Shown here: piece after piece, positions 13,196 through 24,897 of the stretch
How positions within the stretch are numbered: the stretch's first letter is position 1
Layout: every line of letters begins with the position of its first letter
Assembly: GCF_009834535.1 (NCBI RefSeq)
Contig: NC_045696.1
Span: 16,308,001 to 16,372,000 of the forward strand
Origin: Camelus ferus
Taxonomy: Eukaryota
Reading direction: 5' to 3'
Length of the DNA: 64,000 nucleotides
Notes under the pieces: model-generated
Databases searched by the model: none
What the model was told of the DNA's origin: nothing
The model's input: only the letters and a program-made list of their open reading frames with translations
Position numbers and translations under genes: made by a program

Positions 13196-14369
13196 CTCCC
13201 CAACATTCTGCTGTTCCTGCCACTGGTTTATTCTTGGGAACTGAGATAAGGTCCCTGAGGACAGGACACTTCAGAGCCTAGCTCACTGCTCTGCACACAC
13301 AGAGCCTTAAGGTAATAGGGACCAAGTCCTAACTTTCATCAGAATACAGATCAGATTGAAAGGGGAACGTGAGAAGCACAATTTAATTCCTTTACTTACC
13401 GATTTTCTCTGCTTCCCAAAATGTTTTAATTGGAATTTCTGAGCACAGACATAAGGGGAAAAGACTGATACTGAGAAATCTCCTTTCAAGGGACTGCTCC
13501 CCCGATCTGCCAATCTGTTGGAATTTAGGAAATTGAATTTGTTTGTGACAGTTGGTATGGTGAAGATGGTTAGTCCTAGCTAGCTTCAAAACAGGCAGGT
13601 CCCCAGTGACAGAAATTCAGTTCAGGAAAGGGTTCTGTCTGCTGTGACATCTTTGAACTCAAGGAAAATAATAACACAGATACATGATAATGCAAAAATT
13701 TAAAAATCATAGAATAAGATGCACCCACAGGAAACCTATAATGCATAACTCTGAGAGCCAAATCATCCTAATTGTGAGGAAAGAAGAAATATTCGGTTTA
13801 TTTTGAAAGACCTTAATACTCAGAATACTATTCATCATGTAAGTCACACAAATGCAAATTTCCTGAAATAAGCTATACGAAATATAAAGAATCCCAGGTA
13901 CCATGGGGTTGGGGTGGTCCATTAAGAATACGCCTCTGTAGCCCCAGTGCACATAAAAAATCAGGCAATCTGAGAGCTAGATATTCTGATTCAGGAGATG
14001 CTACTCTCTCAAGGTACAGTGTATTGAAAATAGCTACAATTTTGACTTATTTTAAGTGGTCTGTGGAATTTTAAGAGTGATTTCCACTGGGCTTTCCAGT
14101 TTCCAGGCCATACTTGCCCAATCTTAAGGGAAAAGTGAGTGCTCTTGGTGCTAGACAAAGGGGGCAAATCTGTTTCCTATCACCAAAAATTTCAGGATTT
14201 AAGAAATATGTAGGATTTTTTAATTTTCCCAGAGAGATCCCACCTTTGGCCAAAGCTTGAACGCACAAACGTCATAATTTGTTACTTAGTATGCAGAGTT
14301 CATTCTTTGCACGCTAAGTGTGGACGCTCCCGCTGAGCTCATCTAAATACCTACTTCCCGATAGCCGTC

Positions 14370-14854
14370 TGTTGTTGGTTGTATTGAGTCTCCAAACAAG
14401 ATATGTCAAAGTCCCAGCCTCTGGTACAAGTGGATGCAAATCTATCTGGAAATAGAGCCTGTACATGTCATCAAGCTGAGATGAGGTCACATTGGATTAA
14501 GGTGGGCCCTAATTCCAATGACAGGTCTCCTTATAAGAAGGCCATGTGAAGACACAGAGACACAGAGACACACAGAGACACAGAGACATGCAGGGAGAAC
14601 ACAATGAGATACCATAGGCAGAGTCTGGGGTGATCAAGTTACACGCCAAGGAACACCAGGGCTTGATGGCAACCATCAGAAGCTGGGAGCAAGGCAAGGG
14701 ATAGATTCTCCTTCAGAGCCTCCAAAGAGAACAACCTTGCTGACATCTTGGTTTTGGACTTCCAGCCTCCATCATTGTAAGAGAAAACATTTCTGTTCCT
14801 CTAAGCTACCCCGTCTGTGGTAATTTGTTACAGCATATCTAGCAAACGAATACA
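14370..14854 (+). mobile_element. MLT1C-like MaLR solo LTR
   Basis: TG...CA termini; ggtgggccctaattccaatgacaggtctccttataagaagg; ggacttccagcctcc; tgtggtaatttgttacagc...aataca. Confidence 0.85.
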
Positions 14855-15949
14855 CTTTCTACTAGGCATTGCTTCAAAATTTGATGTCTGGGTTTTGTTT
14901 TTTTGTTTGTTTTTTGTTTGTTTGCTTTTTCCTTTAAGCTGGTTTTCATTCCCATCAGAGTTCTCAGAAGGAATTGTTATTACTCTCATGAAAAGTAGAG
15001 CTCTCTTATGTAATTACTGACAAACCAGTAAGCTCATGCATATACCCTCTCTGTTTTTATGCCAACACACACAAAAATGTGGTTGCAGGAGCCCAAAGAA
15101 AAAGTGGGGGCCAACCGACCCCTCCAACAGACCGATTTTTACTACACTCACCAGTCCTTCGGCCTCAGGTCACCAGTGAACAATACGTTCTACAGAGACT
15201 TCTCTCACCACTATGGATTTGTGAAATTATTATGCACTCATGGCGTACTATGTATCAGTGCATATCAGCAATATTCACTAAAAAGGGTAAGACAGTTATC
15301 AAGTTTCAAATTGGATAAGGATATCCAATAGTTTAAAACAAAACAAGGTTCACCCTTTAAAAAATTTTTATTAACCTCCACTCTGATAGTTATTTGAACT
15401 TGGTTTGCATATTTATCTTGGAGGATTCTGGGTTACAGCAATCTGTTCGTTCCAAGGATCTTATTTGATCATGCGGCCTGGAGCTTAGAGGGAGGACATA
15501 AAAAGAGGAATATATGAGTGTTTGCAAATAATTTAGACACCGTATCTGCAAAATTGGAGAGAGGGATGGGCTCTACCCAGAAACAAAGGGCTCAGGGGTC
15601 AGCCCTGCCTCAAAAAACAACAGGAGGGTCCAAAGGCTCTTTGAACACATGTCTCAAAAGAACATTTCCTCAGTAGGATTATTCCACCATCACTGGTGCC
15701 AAAGACACAGCAAAGATGCCTCTGTGGACCCAGATTTGCTCAACACTGAGCCTGGAAATGGTCCCCAAGCAGATTGCAGGGGCCTCTGGAGTCGCCCTGA
15801 CCTCTGCCCTCAGCAACACTTGCTCATTTCCAGTGCTGTTGACATGTCCAAAGAGCTCTCATCTTGAAGGGGAAAAAAAAGTGCAATTTTCTTTCAGCCC
15901 AATCTCTCCTTTACTTAGAAAATCTCTCTCCTCCTTTCAAAGAGATTCT

Positions 15950-16540
15950 TCTTGAAAGAGAAGCCCGTAGTCCCCCATCTCTTGTTTACTCCTCAATCCA
16001 TGGCAACGTGGCTCTCCAAAAACTCTCATTCACTCATTCCACAAAATCTCCCCTCCCACCAGCATTGACCGAGTCTCTTAGACACCAAACCCAAAGGACA
16101 GTGTTAGTTGGGATCTCTCTTGACCTCACTGAGGCATTTTGTCATTTTCCCCTAGACAATTTCTCCTCTCATGCATTCAGAGTCACCACTTCCCTCCATT
16201 TTGACCCTCATTCTTAATCTCCTTGCCAAGCCCGTCTTGTATCTTTCTTTGATATTTGTGTCTTGGGCAATTTAATCTTGACTCTCTTATCTTTCTATAA
16301 ACCCTTCCTTGACGTTCTGTTCTCTAAACTCATGGCTTGAATCAAATCTAATTCAGCTAACTTCATCTTCATTATCTCCAGAGTCATACATCCCATACGT
16401 CCTCAGCTGTCAGCAAGGCATGTCCACAGGACTATCCAACAAGCAACTGGAAACTCACCATATTCAAAACTAATATTATCTCCCTTCACTTCCCACCTGA
16501 TCCTGTTCCTGTGATGCCTACCTCAAGAACTGTTCCAAAT
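15950..16540 (+). mobile_element. L2 LINE fragment with a reverse transcriptase motif remnant
   Basis: Peptide VLVGISLDLTEAFCH in ORF 15864..16217 resembles the L2/CR1 RT motif VLILLDLSAAFDTVDH. Followed by L2-like 3' region sequence. Confidence 0.6.
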
Positions 16541-16559
16541 CATGGGTTAAAGCAATTAA

Positions 16560-17100
16560 TGAAATAGTCAAAGCTCTGCCCTTACGGAGTTTTGTTCTAG
16601 TTGGGAAGGACAAGTAATAAATAAACTACTAAGCACAGGAAACATCAGGGGGGAGGAAGCGCTGGTGGGAGAAAATGGAGCAGATCAAGAGTGACGGAGA
16701 GGTGTGCTGTAAAAGGGGGCTGAGGGAAGTCCTTGCTAATAAGATGACATTTGAGCAGAGAACTGAAGCAAGTGAGGACTGGAGCCAGGTGAGGAGCTGG
16801 GAGAAGACAGTTCCAGGCAGAGGAAGAAGCCAGGGCAGGGCTGGTGAGGGCGGCACACGTCAGGCTGGCTTGACTTGAAAGACAAAGGAGACCTGAGTGG
16901 TTGGACTGAGTACGCCAGGGGAGGATGGTAGAGTGCAAGGTCAGGGAGGGAGCACGAAGGCACACGATGCAGGACCTCGGAGGCTGGAGCAGGGACTCTG
17001 AATTTTATTTTTACTGGCACCAGAAGCCATTGTAGATATGATCTGACTTATGTTTTAAAATTATTATTCTGCCTGCCACATGGAGAAGAGACAGCAGAGG
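16560..17100 (-). mobile_element. L2 3' region fragment
   Basis: ctgcccttacggagttttgttctagt..., gatgacatttgagcagagaactgaag, ttccaggcagaggaagaagc, atgatctgacttatgttttaaaa. Confidence 0.75.
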
Positions 17101-17857
17101 TTTTATACATCAGTGTTCAGTCAGGAAATAAAAACCACCCGAGGCATTTCAGGATGATCCTAATTGGAGCAAAAAAAAAAAAGAAAGAAAGAAAAAGGGA
17201 GCCTTTTTTCCTTCTCCTCACTTCTCAGTCCTCTTCTAGTGCCCTCATTGTCAGAACTAGCAGGAAGCCAAGGGCAAAGGAGAAGAGCAGTCTGTGCCAA
17301 GCAGAAGCCAGAGAGTGGTTTCCATCACTTAGGGATGAAATAAGATGCATGTCAAAGAGAAATCCACCAGCAATGCCTTAAATAAATAAGGATTGATTTT
17401 GTTTGTTTGTTTCAATTGAAAGAAATGGAGTGGGGGTTGGTGGCTGTGAGCATTCGTTCAGGTATTTAATGGTGTCAGGGGATGTGTCTTGAAGATTCTC
17501 CGGGATGTTACAGTTCTAGGGACTGCATTCAGAGCATCTAGAAGGAAGAAGGGGCAGCACCAGCTTCCAGAGACCCTTGATCATAATTATTCTGACATCT
17601 CATGCACCGGAAGAGTGTCAAATCGCCACCTCCAGGGGCAGAGAAGACTAGGAGAGTGAGTGCTTGTCTTCCTGCTTCTCTAGAGGATGTTGGCAAGGGA
17701 GAAGGCTGTGGGAGAGAGAGAGAGACAGTAGTGATCGCCATATGCTCTAAGGGGGTCAAGTATTTGAATGTTTCTGAGTAAGAGTAGAGAATGCTTGAAT
17801 GACTCAGTGAACAAGGTTCCTCAAAGGTGCTTCTTAAATAAGAGAAGCTCCTACTTG

Positions 17858-18187
17858 GCTCTGTCCAGTGCAGTAGAATCTAGCAGTCACATATGGCTGG
17901 TGAGCACTTGAAATATAGCTAGTCTAAAAAAAAAAAAAAAAAGAAATACAGCTAGTCTGCCTTCAGGTGTGCTACACATGTAACGTGCACAGCAGATCCC
18001 AAATGTCTTATATGAAGAAAAGAATTTAAAAATCTCATCAAAAATTTCTTACATTGATTACATGTTGAAATGATAATTTAGATATATAATAAAATTGATT
18101 TCACCTATTCCTTTTTATTTTAATTCAGCTGCTAAAGAGTTTTAAACTACCTGTGTGCTGCATTATATTTCTATCGGATAGTGTTGC
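17858..18187. mobile_element. hAT-Charlie MITE (MER33/MER3-like)
   Basis: ctgtcca...tagcagtcacatatggctggtgagcacttgaaatatagctagt...attgattacatgttgaaatgataat...cattatatttctatcggatagtgttg. Confidence 0.75.
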
Positions 18188-18210
18188 TCTAGATTATTGA
18201 ATGACCCTTT

Positions 18211-18410
18211 TTTTTATTTAACATTTTTTATTGATTTATAATCATTTTACAATGTTGTGTCAAATTCCAGTGTAGAGCACAATTTTTCAGTTATACGTGA
18301 ACATACATATATTCATTGTCACATTTTTTTCGCTGTGAGCTACCATAAGATCATGTATATATTTCCCTGTGCTATACAGTATAATCTTGTTTATCTATTC
18401 TACAATTTTG
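18211..18410 (-). mobile_element. Young 5'-truncated L1 3' end with a perfect TSD
   Basis: T-rich tail followed by L1 3'UTR. Perfect 15-bp TSD attgaatgacccttt at 18196-18210 and 18411-18425. Confidence 0.9.
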
Positions 18411-18474
18411 ATTGAATGACCCTTTCTTTCTCTAAAGAGAGTCCCTAATTTCCTGCCTCTAACCATCTTTTTTT

Positions 18475-18597
18475 CTCAGGGTTTGGGGAGGGGAAGTAAT
18501 TAGGTTTATTTATTTACTTAGTGGAAGTACTAGGAATTGAACCCAGGACCTCCTGCATGCTAAGCATGCACTCTACCACTGAGCTGTACCCTCCCCT
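18475..18597 (-). mobile_element. Vic-1-like SINE
   Basis: gtaattaggtttatttattt...ggaattgaacccaggacctcctgcatgctaagcatgcactctaccactgagctgtaccctcccc. Imperfect TSD taacca(t/c)cttt. Confidence 0.9.
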
Positions 18598-19093
18598 CTT
18601 AACCACCTTTTCCTCTCCTGAGGGTCATGGTTTTCTAAACCTGGGAAGATCTTACCAGAAGTGTATCTTCCCTAATCTTTTTGGTCTGATAATTCAAAAA
18701 AGTATCTTCCAGTAATGGACTGAAAACCCAAATCCTCCTATTAGCCATGACAATTGTATATATTCCAAGCCGAAGTAGAGAAGAAAAAAATTATAGAAAT
18801 TATTAATTATAAAAAAAAATTAATTCAAGGAAAGATTAAAATGAGGAATCAAATGATTCAACATCAGTAATACCCTGAGGCTATCAGACGAGATGATTTA
18901 AATAACATCTGGAAGGGGAATTCCAATTTAACTTAATCCTTTACTTAATTCTGAATCTTTTTTTTTCATCAGTGCAAGGGATCATGAAATTCTAATTTGC
19001 TACAAGCTTCTCCATGGCTTCACATTAAAAAATTTTTTTCAGTGACACTGGTGAGAAAATGGATGAGACGGACTATGAAATCTGTAGCCAACT

Positions 19094-19569
19094 TGTGGTA
19101 GGCAGAGTAACTCCACCCCCGAAAGACGCCAATGTTCTATTTCCTAGAACCTGTTAATATGTTGCAGTATATGGCAAAGGAATTTTACAGGTATGATTAA
19201 CTCAATGACTTTGAGGTTAGGAGATTATCCTGCATTATTTGAGTGGGTCCAATATAATCTCATACATCCTTAAGGCAGAGAATTTTTCCCAGCTGGAATT
19301 GGAGGGAGCTGTGCCTACAGAATAAAAGGACCAAGTGATGCAACATTACTGCCTTTGAAGATGGAGGAAGGGGCCATAAGCCAAGGAATGTGTGTGGTCT
19401 CTTGAATCTGGTAAAATGCAAGGAAATAGATTCTTTCTGAGTGCCACCAAGAAGGAACACAACGCTCTTGACGCCCTCATTTTAGCCCAGTGTGACCTGT
19501 GTCACACTTCCAAACCACCAAAACTGTAACAAATTTGGGTTGTTTTAAGCCATAAGAAACTAGTATACA
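19094..19569 (+). mobile_element. MLT1D-like MaLR solo LTR
   Basis: tgtggtaggcagagtaa...ggagattatcctg...ctttgaagatggaggaaggggccataagccaaggaatg...gaaactagtataca. Confidence 0.85.
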
Positions 19570-19668
19570 ATCCAAAGAGATAAACATTAAAACAGTAATG
19601 AAAACATTGAATTTTGAGGATACTGTTATCTATAAAACTTTTACCCTGGCAAAATTCTCACCAGCTTC

Positions 19669-20301
19669 TGAGACAGGAGGGAGGGGGCAGGATACAGCCA
19701 TTCAAGAAATGACGGCAATTAACAACAAAATGGTGGAAGATTCAACTCCCAGAAGGCCTTGAGGATTAAGATGACTTCTAGTAGAACTTGAGCTTCATTA
19801 TATGCTTAATGTAACATATTAGAATGATAAATAACATACCCACAGACACCATGACAGTCCCAAGGCTAACCACAGAAGGTCAAAGAGTCGGTGGTGGTCA
19901 AATTTCTGGGAAATCCCAGCCCCTTTTCCAGGGTAGCTGGAATAGTCCTCCCACTTGTAGGCAGGAAGCTACTGAGCCCATAAAAACTGGCAACATGGCG
20001 CCTCGTGGCCGCCTCACTTGCTCCCTCCCCTTTGGAGACGGCCCGCACTCTGTCTACTCAGCCTATACTTTTTCTTTAACCTGAGCACCCAACCTCCACA
20101 ACTTGTGCCCTTTCTCTTGCCTTACACTCTAGGCAGTAAGTATATATCTCTCTAAATAAATCTACTTTTACTCAACAGTGGCTCGCTCTTAAATTCTTTC
20201 TTGCACAAAGCCAAGGACCTACACTAGGCGGGGCACATCCCAGGGGCTCAACAGAGACCCAGGACACGGCCCTCCTCACGCCCCATGTTTTTCCTGCATC
20301 A
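19669..20301 (+). mobile_element. ERV1 solo LTR, MER41-like
   Basis: TG...CA ends with a perfect 4-bp TSD cttc (19665-68 / 20302-05). TATA-like cataaaa near 19979 and AATAAA at 20155-20160. Confidence 0.85.
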
Positions 20302-20363
20302 CTTCCTTGTCAGCTATTAAACATTAGAAGTAATAGAGTAACAAGTTTATAAGAAATTATTCT

Positions 20364-20640
20364 TTTTTTTAAACTTTTTTTTTTATTGAATTATAGTTAT
20401 TTTACAATGTTGTGTCAAATTCCAGCATAGAGCACAATTTTTCAGTTATACATGAACATACATATATTCATTGTCACATTTTTTTTTTTGCTGTGAGCTA
20501 CCACAAGATCTTGTATATATTTTCCTGTGCTATACAGTATAATCCTGTTTATCTAGTCTACATTTTGAAATCCCAATCTGTCCCTTCCCACCCCCTGTCC
20601 CCTTGGCAAACACAAGTTTGTATTCTATGTCTACAAGTCT
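20364..20640 (-). mobile_element. Young 5'-truncated L1 3' end with a perfect TSD
   Basis: Perfect 19-bp flanking repeat gtttataagaaattattct at 20345-20363 and 20641-20659. Body highly similar to 18211-18410. Confidence 0.9.
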
Positions 20641-21482
20641 GTTTATAAGAAATTATTCTAATGTGATATTCTCCCCACATGCAAACATACACAAAAATTT
20701 CCCAAAGGATTAAAAACAAGTTTCCCTCTCCTGCTATTTAATCTGGTCAAATAATATTGTCACTAAGGCTAAGGGAAGAAATATCTTTTTATTTTCACAT
20801 TTATATCTTATTTTTACTAGCTTGTAGGATTGGTTTCTTCTGCCTTACACTTTATGTTCGTTTCTTACTTATGTTACAGAAGTCACTCTATCTGTCCCTC
20901 TCAATTGCGAATGTACTTGAACTGCCAGGCCTTGCTCAACATCACTTTTCTGTGTAAGGAAATATGTGCCTGCAAGACAATTTTGCTGGCAGCAACAGAA
21001 AAATTCTACCCACTTTGTATTTAGACTAGATGAAGCCGAACAAAGTCATAAATGATGAAATACTATCCACTTCATGACCGAGAGTTTATTTGAAAATTTA
21101 GCCCAGTGCTGACAATAAGAATCACAGAGAACTAGGAAAACATAATCGGGGAAAAATGGTAAGGCGATAGTCATCTGTTATCAAAGTTTCCTTCAAGATT
21201 CCTCCTTCAGATTTGTAGGAAGACTGGAGAATCTCTAGGGGATCTCTTACTAATGTAACTGCAAGTCCTTAATATTTTTAAGTGTTGCAGTCATCACATG
21301 GGTCCACGTCAAAGAACTCAAAGCCCATGTGTAAGTGCGGGGATCCCAGCACACTCAGACTCCTGCTCTTACCTGCTCCTCCATCCTGTCAGGTCCTCTG
21401 AATCTATCTCCTAATGCTGCTGTGGGTCTCTCTGATCTGCCTTGTTCCTGAGCCCCAAAAAGGTGACCTACTAACATGAGGC

Positions 21483-21841
21483 TGTAGAGTCATTTATGCT
21501 AAGCCCCATGTCACCAAATCAAGACTTAATTAACATTTCAGCTCTCCCAGAAATGGAATCTTAAACTGGTCCATCAGGAATGGCCTGAACAGCACTAGTT
21601 GGTCATTGGCCTGATGGACCCCTGTCATCGTCTGAAGGAACGTGACCTTACAATACCCCACCTGCTTGCTGCCTAGTCAAACCTCCTGGCTCCCTCTCCC
21701 TCCTGTCAGCAAACGTCTCTCACTTTGTCCAGCTCCTCGGAGCTCCTTTCTGTCTGCTGCAGTGGATGCTGCCCGATTCGAACTGACTTTTACTCCAACG
21801 AACTCTTAAACATTTTCATATGTCTCCATTTATCTTTTATC
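21483..21841 (+). mobile_element. ERV1 LTR (MER34/MER39-like)
   Basis: tgtagagtc...gtcaccaaatcaagacttaat...agctcctcggagctcctttctgtctgctg...ggatgctgcccgattc...tttatctttta. Confidence 0.65.
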
Positions 21842-22621
21842 GGATCAAAAGAGAACAATTTGCAGCAGACAGAATCAGACAGCCTCGATCCTAAAATTGA
21901 CCCGCCATTCCCTGCCCCAGAGAACCTCTCGCTGACAGTCTTTCTAACCTCCCATTCTTCCATCCTGTCACTGCAGCCCATTCCCTCCCCATCTTCCCTA
22001 AGCTCCAGGGATCTGACGTCTGCTCCTTCTGGAAGCCCGCACAGCAGCTGCCATCTTAGGTCCATCTCTCCATCCCCCTGGGGGGGGGGGCGCTTTTTTT
22101 TGGTCACAAAAAGCAGTTGTGTCCCCTCTGGTACGTCCTCTCTAGTCCAGACTAGCTCAGGCTTTTTTGTTTTATAACCAAAGGGCCCACTAAGTAGTTT
22201 TTCTAAAGAAAAGCACATGATTTTCCATGAAGAGACTTCTGCTGTCCCTACGGAATAAAAATGTGATTAGTCAGTTGAGGTTTTTCTTTAATAATAATAT
22301 TTTCTTTCCCACTGAAATATAGGATGTATTTCTTCATCTATTTTTGTAGCATAAACCCACAAATAGTTGCATTAACATAGTGGTTTTAACAAAATGCTAT
22401 CGCAGCATGTTGGAAAGTGGCCCTGCCCATCCAGCGGGGGGTACAAAAGTGCTTTTAAAAGGGGGGAAGCATTGGGTTAGATCCTAATCACATGCTCTGC
22501 CCTGGGATGACTGCCCAAAGGGGCAACTCAAAATGAAATTTTCCTCTGCTCCAGCATCACAGAAATGGAAGTGGCACCTTCTGAGTATATCTGGAATTTC
22601 TTAATTTTCCTTTAGTTTAGG

Positions 22622-22810
22622 TCTGTTTTCTCAAAGTGTACATAGTCTAGAGACCACTGTATTAGAATAACCCATGTTTGTTACAAATGTGGGTTCCCAT
22701 CCAAGGCCTCCCTGTCCATGTGAATCAGAATCTTCAGGAAAGGACCCCCCAAATGTGCCTTTTTAAAATAGCAATTCAACTTTCATGGCCAGCTAGGCTT
22801 AAAAACCACA
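22622..22810. mobile_element. MER5B-like hAT-Charlie MITE
   Basis: ttttctcaaagtg...accactgtattagaataacc...tgaatcagaatct...ttaaaaaccac. Confidence 0.55.
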
Positions 22811-22874
22811 TCCAGAGTAACGTAGCTTCAATATATGGATTAAACTATTGGACATTCCACATATTATCACCTTT

Positions 22875-23445
22875 GTAGTCATCATTCCCCAGAATAAAAA
22901 ATAAGGGTAACTTTACAGTGGAGTAACCTGACAGATACTTCCTCAGCCAGGTGATCAAAGTTAACATCAACAGAGATAAACTATGCTGATAGTATGTACC
23001 TTGATGTGATTTGATGAAAAAGGCCCCCAGACAAATCTCAGTTGAGGGACATTCTACAAAATCCTGACCAATACTCCTCAAAACTGTCAAGGTCATCAAA
23101 AACAAGGAAAATCTGAGAACTGTCACAGCCAACAGGAGCCTTCATGACTCCTCTTAATCCTAGAGGAGACATGATGACTGAATGTAATGTGGTTTTCTAG
23201 TTGGAGTCTTGGGACAGAAAAAAAAAAAAAAGGCCTTAGGGAAAAATAAATCAATCTAAAGAAAGTACAGATTTCAGTTAATAATAATATATTAACATTG
23301 GGTCACTAATTGCGACAAGTGAACTGTATTAATGTAAAGTGCTAATAACAGAGGAAGCTGGGTGGGGAAATAATGAAAACTCTCTGTTCTACTTGCACAG
23401 CTTTTCTGTAAATTCAAACCTCTTCTAACAATATAAATTCATTTT
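22875..23445 (+). mobile_element. Old L1MC-like 3'UTR
   Basis: taactttacagtggagtaacctgacagatacttcctcagccaggtgatcaaagttaacatca...cctgaccaatactcctcaaaactgtcaaggtcatcaaaaacaaggaaaatctgaga...ttttctgtaaattcaaa. Confidence 0.8.
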
Positions 23446-23727
23446 TAAATGTTTAAAATGGGAGTCAAGACAGAGAAAATTGATCTATGCTATTGTTCTT
23501 TGCACTCCCTCTAAAGCCTGACCACCTAGTCTATCAATCAAAACTCTATTCCACACAGGTTAACACCACTTAGATGAGAAAGTTAATCAAATAATTGACA
23601 CCAAGGTGTATATAATCAATAGGTTTAGTTCTTCTATATTGTCTACACACAGGGCTCCCTTGCTGTACAATTCCAGGGGGTTCTATTCACACAAAGTGGG
23701 AACGAAAGAAAATCATTTCTGTAGGAC

Positions 23728-24289
23728 TGTAGGGGAGGAAAGACTTCCCCTCTACTCCTCTAGATCCAATAGTTGGGTCTATGAAATAAATTGACAACAG
23801 TAGATTAACAGGAGAAAAGGTTTACAAATTTATTAACTTAGTGTTACATGTATGGAGACATCACAGGAAAAAAAAAAATAAAAAGAATATCCCCAAAAAG
23901 AATGATATATGAGAGCTCATACACTATCTCAATAGATGGAGGGAGTGATGTAGGTCACTTCAAGGAAAGTAAATGGTCTTTAGGAAAGAATGAATAGGCC
24001 CTTAGAAGAACAGACAGGAGACACAATGGTTTGTGATGAAACTTGTCTAGGCGTGCTGTCCACTTCTAATCTCCCCTCCAGTGGTAAGAGCAGAGCTTCC
24101 CTGGTTGAAGAAATTCCCAGAGAGGGGGTTTATGACAACTGCATTCCTTTTGGAGGGTCTGTCTTTACTCAGATAAGGGTTGTTGAGAGAAAGCCTCTAC
24201 CTGCGTTTGCTGTTTCTTGAGTGTCTGCAGCTCAAAATAATCAATACAGCAAAGAGTCATACTTTGGAGCAGCAGGTGTTGAACTCCTG
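23728..24289 (-). mobile_element. ERV1 MER4-group-like solo LTR
   Basis: tgtaggggaggaaaga...aaattgacaacagtagattaacaggagaaaaggtttacaaatttatt (AATAAA on the minus strand)...cagctcaaaataatcaata. Confidence 0.7.
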
Positions 24290-24710
24290 TGACTATCTCT
24301 GGATTTGTTCTAACTGCTGGCCTGTTTACATACTACAAGTAGAAATTATCAACCCAGTTAAGCTTTAAGCAGGTAAAATGTACAGGCGGGATTTAAGTAG
24401 GGGGCCACGGTGCACCATGTTTATTTCTCCAGTGAGTCTACCCAGAATAGAATAATAGAATAGAATAACGATGCATCTGCTCCCTCCACCTCTTGTCTTG
24501 ACTCATGAATGCTTTATTCACCTTCTCAACTGGCAGGACACTGCTGCTCTCCATCCGTAGTTATCCACCTTGCTCTTTCCTCCTCACTGCTTTTTAGAAA
24601 ACTCAGTCTCCTCCGGCTGAGATTCCACGTCTCACCACTCAGGTCAAAACGTGAAGGGGTAAAAAAAGGGGGTGGGGGCGTTAAGGCTTCTTTCCCCAAC
24701 CCCTAGTCCG

Positions 24711-24897
24711 TCTGTGGTACACTCGAGCAAGTGCTTCTTGGCTTGCTCGCGAGAATTTGTTGTTAAATTTGCATAAATTTTGTAAATTGGTTGTTAAAGT
24801 ATTAATAACTTTAAATCATCATGATTGGAGTGTTTTATACTCAAAAATTGGCAGACACCATAAAACGGGTTTTCCCCCCTTCTGCTACCCACCACGC
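24711..24897. mobile_element. MER63A-like hAT-Blackjack MITE
   Basis: gctcgcgagaatttgttgttaaattt...ggttgttaaa...aaatcatcatgattggagtgttttatactcaaaaattggcagacacca. Confidence 0.6.

Noticed and set aside
21725..22218. Overlapping 150-aa and 142-aa ORFs on opposite strands
   Set aside because: They overlap an LTR end and a pyrimidine-rich tract with a poly-G run. No recognisable domain or supported exon structure.
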